A stretch of DNA of 32,000 bases from an uncultured Erysipelotrichaceae bacterium (GCA_964401865.1 CAYNZZ010000001.1:180001-212000); one strand, 5' to 3'. Positions 10,446 to 19,335 are shown, numbered from the stretch's first letter. Notes: generated by a model not told the origin, from the sequence alone. Made by a program: numbers and translations.

Positions 10446-10856
10446 ATGTTTATTCTATGCTTTTTGAAACTTGAACATCTAATGAGATATATTAAAAAAC
10501 TAATTTTATTCGTTGGAGATGGCTCATATTTAATTAAAGAAGAAAAATGTATTGGTTTATTCAAGATTGAAAAATCATTTCTTCCAATCCATTTATATCT
10601 CTAATGTAGCAAAAGAATATTTCTTAGTTAATCGTAGTATGTGTGCTGTATGCACTGGGCTAATATGAACATGCAGGATTGTGGTGCGATTGCAATCAAT
10701 TGATTGATACATTATATTATCTAGACTATGAATTTGTATTAAAATTATTTGACCAAGAAGGACCCATCAAAGACGAGGATGTTAAGACATATCACTTAGA
10801 TAGTAGCTATATCTTGGGCAAATAAACTGATAGTCATATGTTTAAGAGTAATAAGA

Positions 10857-10865
10857 TGATATAAT
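10857..10865 (+). promoter_or_regulatory. Candidate extended -10 promoter element for the secreted-protein/FtsX cassette
   Basis: TGaTATAAT is a perfect match to the extended -10 consensus TGnTATAAT. No convincing -35 lies 17 nt upstream. It sits ~30 nt before the cassette's first ORF. Confidence 0.4.
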
Positions 10866-10897
10866 ACTAATAGGAGATAAAGAAAATTATTGCTAGT

Positions 10898-11221
10898 ATG
10901 ACTGCTTTGGTTATTTGTTTAACCACTGCTTCACTTCCTGTTTTTGCGAACGAAAATAGCACTATTCTGCCAAGAGGAGCTTATATACCAGTAAATAAGC
11001 AATACAATGGAGATGGTTATATCTTATATCTTGTTGGTTCATATGAAAGGACCAATGGTGTTGCAATGAATATTGACGTTAAAGCTCATGGTGTAGCTAC
11101 TAGTGGTGCTGTTGTAATTCAAAGCTGTAATGCTTATCAAAATGGTGACGGTATAAGAGTTGTAGCATCTTATTATGTTGGAAGTATTTCGGATAGTTAT
11201 ACTCACACTTTTTACGCTTGA
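10898..11221 (+). CDS. Small secreted protein, unknown function (Sec-type signal peptide; ~90-aa beta-rich mature part)
   Basis: The hydrophobic h-region LVICLTTASLPVFA is followed by a VFA|NE cleavage-type site. The mature part is rich in G/Y/V/S and contains two copies of an NGDG-x(5-6)-[GA]SY motif. The true start may lie upstream at a non-ATG codon (see findings). Confidence 0.6.
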   Translation: MTALVICLTTASLPVFANENSTILPRGAYIPVNKQYNGDGYILYLVGSYERTNGVAMNIDVKAHGVATSGAVVIQSCNAYQNGDGIRVVASYYVGSISDSYTHTFYA

Positions 11222-11223
11222 TA

Positions 11224-12897
11224 ATGTTTAATTTATTGCGTTCATTCAAAAACAAGCCAATTAAATATCTAGTAAGTTTACTTGTTGTTTTTGCATTACT
11301 ATGCTTTGTTGAAATTAGTTATTGTATGAAAATCACCAATGATGAAATTGGTGATTTTCTCTTTTCTAAATTAGGCGTAAAGATGATTGTATATGGCGAT
11401 ATAAATGATGTTGGTGGGTATGTATATAGTATTGACGAATTAAATGAAATTAAAAGCATTTATGATGAAATGTTAGAAGAATTAAATAAAATTGGTGGAA
11501 ACAAAGTAAAATATGAAACTTATTTAATGACTAATAAGATATATAGTGCTTATGATTTATATAATGAAAATGATTATCAGATAATATATTTTGATCATTT
11601 TGATTCTCGATTAGATAGTGATTTACAGTTATTTGGTTCATTAGATTCCATATCTAGAGATTTTGAAACAAACAGGCAGTACATAACTTTTTTTGAAAAT
11701 CATCCTATCTATAATCCTGATGCATCAAATGATGAAAATGATTATAAAAAGAAAGATAGCTATAATGGCAATTATCAAGGAGCGATACCAATGTTAGTTG
11801 GTGTAAACTCACCAATATGGAGTGATATATCTTTAGGGTATATGTCGATTGGAGAAGGTAGAACTTTTACTACGCAAGAAATAGAAAATGGTGAAAATGT
11901 ATGTATTGTTAATAATGATACATATATAATCGAACGAAATGGTATTCGCCTTGTGGAAGTCGGAGATATTATTCCAATAACTATTCATGTCAAAGATAAT
12001 ATTGAAGTAAAAGAATTTAAAGTAATTGGAATAAATGATGCATATGGGAACAGTGGTTTACAGGTGCAAAGTGGAATTAGTTATGAGCAGTTTGGCACGT
12101 TATTTATGCAATCAAATACATATATTAACTATGTTTATATTCCTGATAAATGTTTAAAAGATATTAATGATATATTTTTGGATTATTGTAATCAAGAGAA
12201 CTACCAACCGATAAAAGAAGATATTGCCGGAAGAATATCATTTGATAACGACGAGATTTTTTATAGTTTATACGGTGGCATTCGACCTGTAGTTATTGAA
12301 ATTGATAGTCAAGATAAATTAGACGAAATTTCAAACTTACTTTCTACATCGGTTAAAAAAATGAATGAAGTAGCTGATAGACCAGTTGAGTATACATATT
12401 TTAGTAATTTAGACAGTTTTGCCACAGTAATATCAAATGTGAATATCGGTAAGACATTATTTACATATCTAAGCGTTATTGCGATTTTAGTATGTGTATT
12501 ATTTTTCGTTGCTTATGTAAACAATGATATCAATAGGAGCAGAAAAGAAATTGGTATATCAATATCTTTAGGAATGAATAAAAGAAGTGTAATGTTGCAG
12601 AAATTTTTAGAATATTTGAGTATTATCATAATTCCATTTATCTTGTCGACTGCTCTTGTATACTTTATCAATAATCAATATATAGAATATATAAATAACA
12701 GTGTAATAAGTGTTGGTTTAGGATCAATGATTTTTGATGGCTATGTCGATGCGATTACTATAAATATTCCGCCATATATTATTGTAGTTTTGATTTTGAT
12801 AGTTTTGATTTGTCTATTTATTTCTTGCTTAGTGGGATATTTTAAGATTAATAAATTAAATGTTAAAGCGATTTTATTAGAGGGGGATGGCGTATGA
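11224..12897 (+). CDS. FtsX/MacB-type ABC transporter permease with a large (~360-aa) extracytoplasmic domain
   Basis: This is track ORF 11218..12897 (TTG); ATG 11224 is used here. TM1 is YLVSLLVVFALLCFVEISY, followed by a long hydrophilic domain. The C-terminal FtsX domain has three TM helices and the signature loop NRSRKEIGISISLGMNKRSVMLQKFLEYL. The start abuts the stop of the upstream small ORF. Confidence 0.75.
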   Translation: MFNLLRSFKNKPIKYLVSLLVVFALLCFVEISYCMKITNDEIGDFLFSKLGVKMIVYGDINDVGGYVYSIDELNEIKSIYDEMLEELNKIGGNKVKYETYLMTNKIYSAYDLYNENDYQIIYFDHFDSRLDSDLQLFGSLDSISRDFETNRQYITFFENHPIYNPDASNDENDYKKKDSYNGNYQGAIPMLVGVNSPIWSDISLGYMSIGEGRTFTTQEIENGENVCIVNNDTYIIERNGIRLVEVGDIIPITIHVKDNIEVKEFKVIGINDAYGNSGLQVQSGISYEQFGTLFMQSNTYINYVYIPDKCLKDINDIFLDYCNQENYQPIKEDIAGRISFDNDEIFYSLYGGIRPVVIEIDSQDKLDEISNLLSTSVKKMNEVADRPVEYTYFSNLDSFATVISNVNIGKTLFTYLSVIAILVCVLFFVAYVNNDINRSRKEIGISISLGMNKRSVMLQKFLEYLSIIIIPFILSTALVYFINNQYIEYINNSVISVGLGSMIFDGYVDAITINIPPYIIVVLILIVLICLFISCLVGYFKINKLNVKAILLEGDGV

Positions 12898-13802
12898 TTT
12901 GGTTCAACATTAAAAAACATTTCCTTCATTATTTTAAGCAAGATATTCTATTATTGGTATGCATAATCGTGACAGGATATATGTGGTTATTTTCTAGTGC
13001 CTTAGATAATACCAATAAAACAATTGAACAAAACATTATGAAGAATATCGGTTATGAAGTAAAAGTAAGCGGTGGAGTATGTGATGCAAACGCCTTTATG
13101 CTTGGTGGCTCATCTTTAGAAAGTAAAATGCAAATCATGGATTCTTATTATGGTATTCGTCAATACTTGTTAGACAATAACGCTTCTTTTACTCCGCTAT
13201 TTATCAATAAAACTAATGGATATATCATTTTGACTCCTAAACAGATTGAATTATTAAAAGACACAGAAAATTATATTAATTATAAGTATTTTTATGGTGT
13301 TGATAATAATTATTTCAAAGAAAATGATATAGAAATAGTTGATGGCAGAGCGATAGAAAATAGCGGAGAAATGGTAATTAATGAAAGCACCTATTTTATT
13401 GACGAAGAAAACTCTATAACAGAAGTAAATATCGGCGATACATTAAGTGTTTTTATTAATCATCATGATACTGTGTTTGATTCAAACGGAATCTATGAGC
13501 TAATATTTGATGAACCAATGGTATTTGAAGTAGTTGGCAAATATAAAGAACGTAAAGCTAATATATTAGAAGTTGAAGGCGATGATTTTCAATTAAATAG
13601 AAGATATTATATCTCAAGGGAAGATGCTTTGAAATATTATGATGAGTATGTGCGACTTTTTAGAGAAAATAATATTCGCTATAAAACTAATACTGATTTG
13701 CCACTTTCAAAAGATGCGTTGGCATTATCAAAAATTATCTTTTCATATTTACCATCTTGGTATGAGAAATTTAAATTATTAACTTCTAATTTCATATCAT
13801 AA
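12894..13802 (+). CDS. MacB/FtsX-permease N-terminal fragment (TM1 plus extracytoplasmic domain; no FtsX TM bundle), possibly a truncated gene
   Basis: The start overlaps the previous gene at an ATGA and follows the SD gaggggga. TM1 is ILLLVCIIVTGYMWLFSSAL. MacB-periplasmic-domain-like elements are present (IVDGRAIENSGEMVINEST, NIGDTLSV, FEVVGKYKE). The ORF ends without TM2-4, 23 nt before the convergent addA stop. Confidence 0.55.
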   Translation: MIWFNIKKHFLHYFKQDILLLVCIIVTGYMWLFSSALDNTNKTIEQNIMKNIGYEVKVSGGVCDANAFMLGGSSLESKMQIMDSYYGIRQYLLDNNASFTPLFINKTNGYIILTPKQIELLKDTENYINYKYFYGVDNNYFKENDIEIVDGRAIENSGEMVINESTYFIDEENSITEVNIGDTLSVFINHHDTVFDSNGIYELIFDEPMVFEVVGKYKERKANILEVEGDDFQLNRRYYISREDALKYYDEYVRLFRENNIRYKTNTDLPLSKDALALSKIIFSYLPSWYEKFKLLTSNFIS

Positions 13803-13825
13803 TTGTATCATAAAAACTATGACTA

Positions 13826-16800
13826 TCACATCTCTACAAAGATAGATAACTTAACTGAATAGATGTATGCTTTGACATCTTTTTTATATATTTCTTTTAG
13901 AACTTTTTTATATGAATTTAGTTGGTTAGCATAGCGATCAATAAAGTCTTTTTCTTTTATTCCACTATCAGTTTTATAGTCAATCAATATAATTTCATCG
14001 TCTTTGATAGCGACAAAGTCCATATATCCATGGGTTAAAGTATCATCATTTTTTAAATAGAAAGGTAATTCTTGATATATTTCCCCCTTTTTAGCGTTAG
14101 AAATAATTGGATTATTAATAAAAGTGATAATTGAGTTAATGGCGCTATCAGGAATACTAGGATATTTATGCTTCAATTCCTCAAAAGAGTTATCGGCATC
14201 AAAATCGATGTTTTCAAATATTTCATGAACTAGAGTACCATAGTCGCTTCCTTTGTTTCCGTCTAATTTAAGTGTTGAGCGATAGTTTTCTAAACTTGAT
14301 GGGGCAACGTCTTCGCTGACATTAAAGTTATATTCTTTATGAGGGATAGAACCACTTGTTGGCGCAATGTATGGGAATGGTTTTTTGATTTCAAGAGTAT
14401 CTTCTCTTTGAATAATCATATCGTCATAGTCTTTCATCGCACTTAAAATATATGAGGTGAAACCTTTTCTTGAATAAATTAAAGATAAATTAAGAGGATC
14501 TTTTTTTGATTCATCATCTTCTTTAAAAGCATCGACAATAATTAATCTTTTTCTTGTACGAGTAAGAGCGACATATAATAGTCTTTGAAATTCTAAAATG
14601 TCTTCAATATTGTCTTTGGCAATATGAGCTTTCTTTTTAATGGTCGTTAAAGCGATGCCTTTATCATCGGTGATATAAGTCATACCCATACCAAATTCAT
14701 CATCAAGAGTAACGACATCGCTATTTCCATTTTGTCGGTTGGCAATATCTGAATATAGAATGACTGTATCAAATTCTAAGCCCTTAGAATGATGAATAGT
14801 CATAACTTTTACGACATCGGCATCTTCAGAGATTGTTGAGGCGTTTTCTTTTTGAAATTCAGAAGTATTTTCAATATAGTCAATGAAATCAGCGACAGTA
14901 AAAGTATTAAAATTATCTAAGTTATTTAGAAGATTATCAATATTATCTTTTTCTTGATTATTTAAATGTTCAAGATAAAAATTATTAATGTTAAGTATGT
15001 AATATAATATCTCGTCAATTTTATTTAACGAAGCCAATTTTTTTAATTCATTATAATCATTGATAAATTGTTTATTAATGTTCCACCAATTGCCCTTATT
15101 CATAGCCAATGTTTCATCACTGACATTATAAAGAGGTGAAAGTAAGATAGTTGCCAAGGAAATATTATCCCTTTTATCTAATAATAACTTAAAGTAAGAA
15201 TCAATGATGTCGATAGATAAAGAAGAGAAATATCCTTCATTATCACTGATAAAATAAGGAATATTGTAGTTTTTAAAAGCTTCTTTAATCTTTTTCTTAT
15301 GAGCGTGAGATCTGACCAATACAGCAATATCACTAAATTTTTTATTTTCTTTGCTTACTAAATCATGAATAGTATTGGCGAGAAGTAAGGCAAGATTTTC
15401 TTTATCTTCGGTAACTTTGAATACTATGGGTTCATTATTGACTGATTGGCTTTCTAGAGTAATCTGTATATCGCTTTCATCAACATCTTTTTGGTAGATA
15501 TTCATTATCTTTTCAAATAGAGTATTATTGAAATTAACAATATTAGTATTAGAACGATAATTGTTTTGAATATGAATCTTTTCAAAAGTTGGATCATCTT
15601 TTAATGATTTCATAATACTAGGTTTAGCTTTTCGGAAGCGATAAATTGATTGTTTAACATCACCGACTAAAAAAAGATTATTATTGGCAAGCATTTTAAT
15701 AATGGCATATTGAGCTTCGTTGGTGTCTTGAAATTCATCGACCATTATTTCTTTGAACTGATTTTTTAATTTATTAGCTATTTCATAGTTGTTGGCTTTT
15801 AATATCTCACTGGCATAGTGTTCAAAATCATCAAAGTCAATACAATGATTTTCTTTTTTTATTTCCATAAATCTTTGATAAACTTTCATGCTTAAATCAA
15901 AGATGGTATTTTCTAAAGGGATTGAACTATTATGATTTTCAATGATGGTGCTAGGTTTATCAAGTTTTGTGGCAATCTTTTTAAATGCATCTAATAAATC
16001 ATCACGATATTTTTTATATTCTTCAGCTTGTTTAACTAGAGCGATATTGTCCTTGTCTTTTTTCTTGACAGTTATTGTTGGTATATAGACTAAAATAAGA
16101 CTTAATTTATTTAAGAAAAATCGATAATCGTCTTCTTTTAATGCTTCGTCTATTTCTTTCTTTATGGTTGATAAATTATCACTATGATGAGTATTTAGCT
16201 CTATCATTTTATCAAGATGACCACTAGCGATAATTAAGTGGTTTTTAATATCTTGCATATAGATATTCATTATTTTGGGATTTAATTCATCTAATTTAGA
16301 AATAGGATAAGACTTTACACTTTCTATCCAGGCATAAGGATCAGGAAAAGAAATAGCTTTATTTAAGACGGCTAGACAAATATCATGAAGGGTATCAAAA
16401 GAGAAAAAAGAAGCAGTGATTTGACGATTGATATCATATAAGTTTTCTTCTTTTTCTATTACTTCATCAAAAGCCTTATTTAAAAATAAGACTTTTCTTC
16501 CAGAGTCGAGGATATTGTTGGCTTGCATCTTCTCTAAACCAATTACATAATAATATTCTTTAATGATATTAAGAAAAAAACTATGAATAGTAGAAATATT
16601 GGCATCGGCAATCTTAGATATTTGGTCTTTGATAAAACTATCATCTGGATTAGCAATACTAGCTTCTCTTAGTTTTTTCTCAAGACGTTTGCGCATATTT
16701 AATGCTGCAGCATTAGTAAAAGTTATCGCAACTAATTCATCGAGTGATACTCTATCTTTGATAATTCTTTTTAGAAGTCTTGATACTAAGACAGTAGTTT

Positions 16801-16882
16801 TACCACCACCAGCAGAAGCTAAAGTTAAAATATTTTTACCTGTTAAATTAACTGCTTTTTCTTGGGAAGGATTTAGTTGCAT
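13826..16882 (-). CDS. addA: ATP-dependent helicase/nuclease subunit A (AddA/RexA, UvrD-type helicase plus RecB-family nuclease)
   Basis: Walker A LASAGGGKTTVL; motif II VDEFQDTNEAQYAII; YRSN; VMTIHHSKGLEFD; LLYVALTRTRKRL; C-terminal nuclease GYMDFVAIKDDEIILIDYKTD. A strong SD aaggagga is present, and the start overlaps the addB stop by 1 nt (TGATG). Confidence 0.9.
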   Translation of the reverse strand: MQLNPSQEKAVNLTGKNILTLASAGGGKTTVLVSRLLKRIIKDRVSLDELVAITFTNAAALNMRKRLEKKLREASIANPDDSFIKDQISKIADANISTIHSFFLNIIKEYYYVIGLEKMQANNILDSGRKVLFLNKAFDEVIEKEENLYDINRQITASFFSFDTLHDICLAVLNKAISFPDPYAWIESVKSYPISKLDELNPKIMNIYMQDIKNHLIIASGHLDKMIELNTHHSDNLSTIKKEIDEALKEDDYRFFLNKLSLILVYIPTITVKKKDKDNIALVKQAEEYKKYRDDLLDAFKKIATKLDKPSTIIENHNSSIPLENTIFDLSMKVYQRFMEIKKENHCIDFDDFEHYASEILKANNYEIANKLKNQFKEIMVDEFQDTNEAQYAIIKMLANNNLFLVGDVKQSIYRFRKAKPSIMKSLKDDPTFEKIHIQNNYRSNTNIVNFNNTLFEKIMNIYQKDVDESDIQITLESQSVNNEPIVFKVTEDKENLALLLANTIHDLVSKENKKFSDIAVLVRSHAHKKKIKEAFKNYNIPYFISDNEGYFSSLSIDIIDSYFKLLLDKRDNISLATILLSPLYNVSDETLAMNKGNWWNINKQFINDYNELKKLASLNKIDEILYYILNINNFYLEHLNNQEKDNIDNLLNNLDNFNTFTVADFIDYIENTSEFQKENASTISEDADVVKVMTIHHSKGLEFDTVILYSDIANRQNGNSDVVTLDDEFGMGMTYITDDKGIALTTIKKKAHIAKDNIEDILEFQRLLYVALTRTRKRLIIVDAFKEDDESKKDPLNLSLIYSRKGFTSYILSAMKDYDDMIIQREDTLEIKKPFPYIAPTSGSIPHKEYNFNVSEDVAPSSLENYRSTLKLDGNKGSDYGTLVHEIFENIDFDADNSFEELKHKYPSIPDSAINSIITFINNPIISNAKKGEIYQELPFYLKNDDTLTHGYMDFVAIKDDEIILIDYKTDSGIKEKDFIDRYANQLNSYKKVLKEIYKKDVKAYIYSVKLSIFVEM

Positions 16883-19335
16883 CAGTCTTCCTCCTTTACA
16901 TTAAAATCATATATAGTTTCTCTTTGATAGTATTTTCCGCCGCGATAATGACAAAGCCTTTTAAACGAACAGTATTTACAAGCCTCTTCGGTTGGTTTGA
17001 GTGAAATATCGCCACTACTTAATTGTTCATAGATATAGTTATATATTTCATTAAAAGCGAAGGCTACTTCATCATGGTCTAATTTATTATTCTTGTTAGA
17101 ACGGGCGGAAATATATTCTGAATTATAATCTAATTCTTCTATATCGTTTAAGGTCATACCCTTAAGTTTATGCTCTTTATTGAATTCATCATTATAATCT
17201 TTTGAAGATTCTGTTAGTCCTGATGAATAATATTTATAATCATCTATTGAAAGTTTAGGATGTTGAACATTGAGATAATAAGCACCAGTCGGAATTAAAC
17301 CATTTAATTTTTCAAAGATTAAAAGATAAGTAATTAATTGTAGTTGAGAACCGTTACCTAGATTATTTTTACTTAGTGAATGTTTTGATGTCTTAAAATC
17401 AATTACTCGATAGTATTGATCAAATTTATCAATGCGATCAATCGAACCTTTTAAATGTACTTTAGAGTTAAAAGGAATATCAAATTTATATTCAGAATAA
17501 GTTGGCACAAAGTCTGTGTCTTTTTCCATATCGTCTAAATATTCTAGTTCTAGTTTGAAGGCATGGATGAGCTTTTCTTTGATAGCTAAATGCTTATTAA
17601 TATCATTGGGGAATAAATTATTAAAACGTTCAAAAAATGGATTTATTAAATTCTCTATTTCTTGAATTGTAGCTTTGGTATAGTCTTTTTTTAATTGAGT
17701 AACTAACTTTTCAAATAGATAATGAATAATAGTTCCGATGCTGGCAGGATTTACTTCAAAAGTTCTATCATCGAACAATCCTAGTCCATATTTGAGAAAG
17801 TAAGCATAGTGACAAGATGAATATGTTTCAAGAGCCGACACTGATGAATATAAGATGTCATCTTTTAAGAACAGCTTTTTTGCTGAATCTTTCGATAAAA
17901 CATGATTGCTATTAAAGAAATTTTCTTTTTCAATTAAAGGTAAATCAATCGGTTCAATATTTTCAATATCATTGGCAAGTTCATTGGCTTTTCCTTCGTA
18001 GTTGCTGGTAGCTAAGCCATAATAGACATAATTAGAGTCGTTGATATATGCAAGTCGATTAGGATGATATGAATATCTATCATTCAAACTTGGATAAGTA
18101 GTATTTAACATTGCTTTTTCATTGATAAGCCCTTGTAAAGATGAAAATTGAGGATAATTACTTTGACTGGCATCAAGAATAAATAAATATTTAGCTCTTA
18201 CACCATCAAATAGTGAAGCAATCTTAATACCTACTTCATGAGTTTTGATTGGCAGGTTTAATATTTCTTCTTTGATAATAAAATAATTATCAATGTTTAT
18301 ATAATCGGCATTTTCTTCTAAGTATTTTTTAAGAATAAAGATGTCTTCACTATTATCAAAAATAAAACCATAAGCCATTATGATAGCTTTTTTTAATGTA
18401 GGGGTATCAATTAATTTTTTAAGATTTGGGTATACAGTATTATGAACAATCGAAGCTCTTTCTTCTAATTTTTGATAGTATAAATCTTCATTTTTAAACT
18501 TATTAAACTCTTTAAATAAATCATCATTTAAACCATAATGTTTAGATAAGTAAGTAATTATTTCTTGGCTGCAATCACAAAAAATATTATTCTTAATAAC
18601 ATTTAAATAATTTTCTAAACTTTGATCTAAATAAAAATCTATTAAACTTATTAATTTATATGAATAAGGATTTACTCTTTCATCGTTTAAAAAGTGATGA
18701 GGTATACCATATCGTTTTAATAGCGAACGAATCAATTTATTATTACCATTTAAGGCAATGATTGCTACATCATTGAGGTCTAAGCCTTTATTGATGATAT
18801 GTTGAATTATAGCTTCTATTTCTTGACGTTCACTAATTTTCTCAAAGCGATAAGCTTGATGTTTAGGGTTAGTTTTTTTGATGAATTTCGCGTTAGAGTT
18901 GATCATTTTTTGGATGATGAAATTATCAAGATATGTATATGATGAATCAATGATGTGATAATCACTTAAATCATGAGTTTCAATAAAATTGTATAGCTTT
19001 GAATAATTATATTTAGGTAATGCCTTTAAGATAGATTTAAGTTCTAAGCTAATGTCTAAACTATCAATATCAATATTGTAGGCTTCAATTTCTTCTAATG
19101 CTGATTTGAGTTCACGCAAAAAGCCTATATCTTTCATTAAGGGCTTAAAGACATTTAATGAACAGTTTTTTAGAGCGCTATATATATCAAATAAATTAAT
19201 ATCATTGATAAATTTATGTTTAAATGTTGTCAAAGATAATAAATCATCACCAATGAGATAATTATTTTGATTTTCTTTAAATAATTTATCTAACAAATCA
19301 TTGCGATCATGTTTTTTTATAATATATTTTGTCAT
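16882..19335 (-). CDS. addB: ATP-dependent helicase/nuclease subunit B (AddB type with Fe-S cluster cysteines)
   Basis: The gene is paired and translationally coupled with addA. Nuclease motif GSIDRIDKFDQYYRVIDFKTSK. Four Cys residues are arranged as C...(C-x2-C-x5-C): SSCHYAYFL and EEACKYCSFKRLCHY. No P-loop is visible at the N-terminus. Confidence 0.85.
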   Translation of the reverse strand: MTKYIIKKHDRNDLLDKLFKENQNNYLIGDDLLSLTTFKHKFINDINLFDIYSALKNCSLNVFKPLMKDIGFLRELKSALEEIEAYNIDIDSLDISLELKSILKALPKYNYSKLYNFIETHDLSDYHIIDSSYTYLDNFIIQKMINSNAKFIKKTNPKHQAYRFEKISERQEIEAIIQHIINKGLDLNDVAIIALNGNNKLIRSLLKRYGIPHHFLNDERVNPYSYKLISLIDFYLDQSLENYLNVIKNNIFCDCSQEIITYLSKHYGLNDDLFKEFNKFKNEDLYYQKLEERASIVHNTVYPNLKKLIDTPTLKKAIIMAYGFIFDNSEDIFILKKYLEENADYINIDNYFIIKEEILNLPIKTHEVGIKIASLFDGVRAKYLFILDASQSNYPQFSSLQGLINEKAMLNTTYPSLNDRYSYHPNRLAYINDSNYVYYGLATSNYEGKANELANDIENIEPIDLPLIEKENFFNSNHVLSKDSAKKLFLKDDILYSSVSALETYSSCHYAYFLKYGLGLFDDRTFEVNPASIGTIIHYLFEKLVTQLKKDYTKATIQEIENLINPFFERFNNLFPNDINKHLAIKEKLIHAFKLELEYLDDMEKDTDFVPTYSEYKFDIPFNSKVHLKGSIDRIDKFDQYYRVIDFKTSKHSLSKNNLGNGSQLQLITYLLIFEKLNGLIPTGAYYLNVQHPKLSIDDYKYYSSGLTESSKDYNDEFNKEHKLKGMTLNDIEELDYNSEYISARSNKNNKLDHDEVAFAFNEIYNYIYEQLSSGDISLKPTEEACKYCSFKRLCHYRGGKYYQRETIYDFNVKEED

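Noticed and set aside
10482-10604. 40-codon ORF MRYIKKLILFVGDGSYLIKEEKCIGLFKIEKSFLPIHLYL as a real small gene
   Set aside because: It has no SD, sits right after the atp terminator with no promoter, and I recognise no family. I treat it as a possible gene remnant and report it only as part of the decayed-region finding.
12741-12941. Minus-strand ORF 12741..12941
   Set aside because: It lies antisense to the FtsX TM4 region and the junction of two coupled genes. Its hydrophobic translation is simply the complement of a TM segment.
10446-13802. Calling the cassette a horizontally acquired island on base composition
   Set aside because: A sampled 60-nt line inside the cassette (11521-11580) gave ~18% GC. 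A sampled addA line (15001-15060) also gave ~18%, whereas atpD (9361-9420) gave ~43%. Composition therefore tracks gene conservation and expression and does not mark an island boundary. I cannot support an island call without whole-genome statistics.
16599-16904. Plus-strand ORF 16599..16904
   Set aside because: It lies antisense to the conserved N-terminal helicase region of addA and across the addB/addA junction, so it is a shadow ORF.
13826-19335. AddAB as part of a novel defence system
   Set aside because: This is the canonical housekeeping recombination helicase-nuclease pair, coupled at TGATG. No adjacent defence-type genes (nucleases, methylases, NTPases, TIR/SIR2 and similar) are present.
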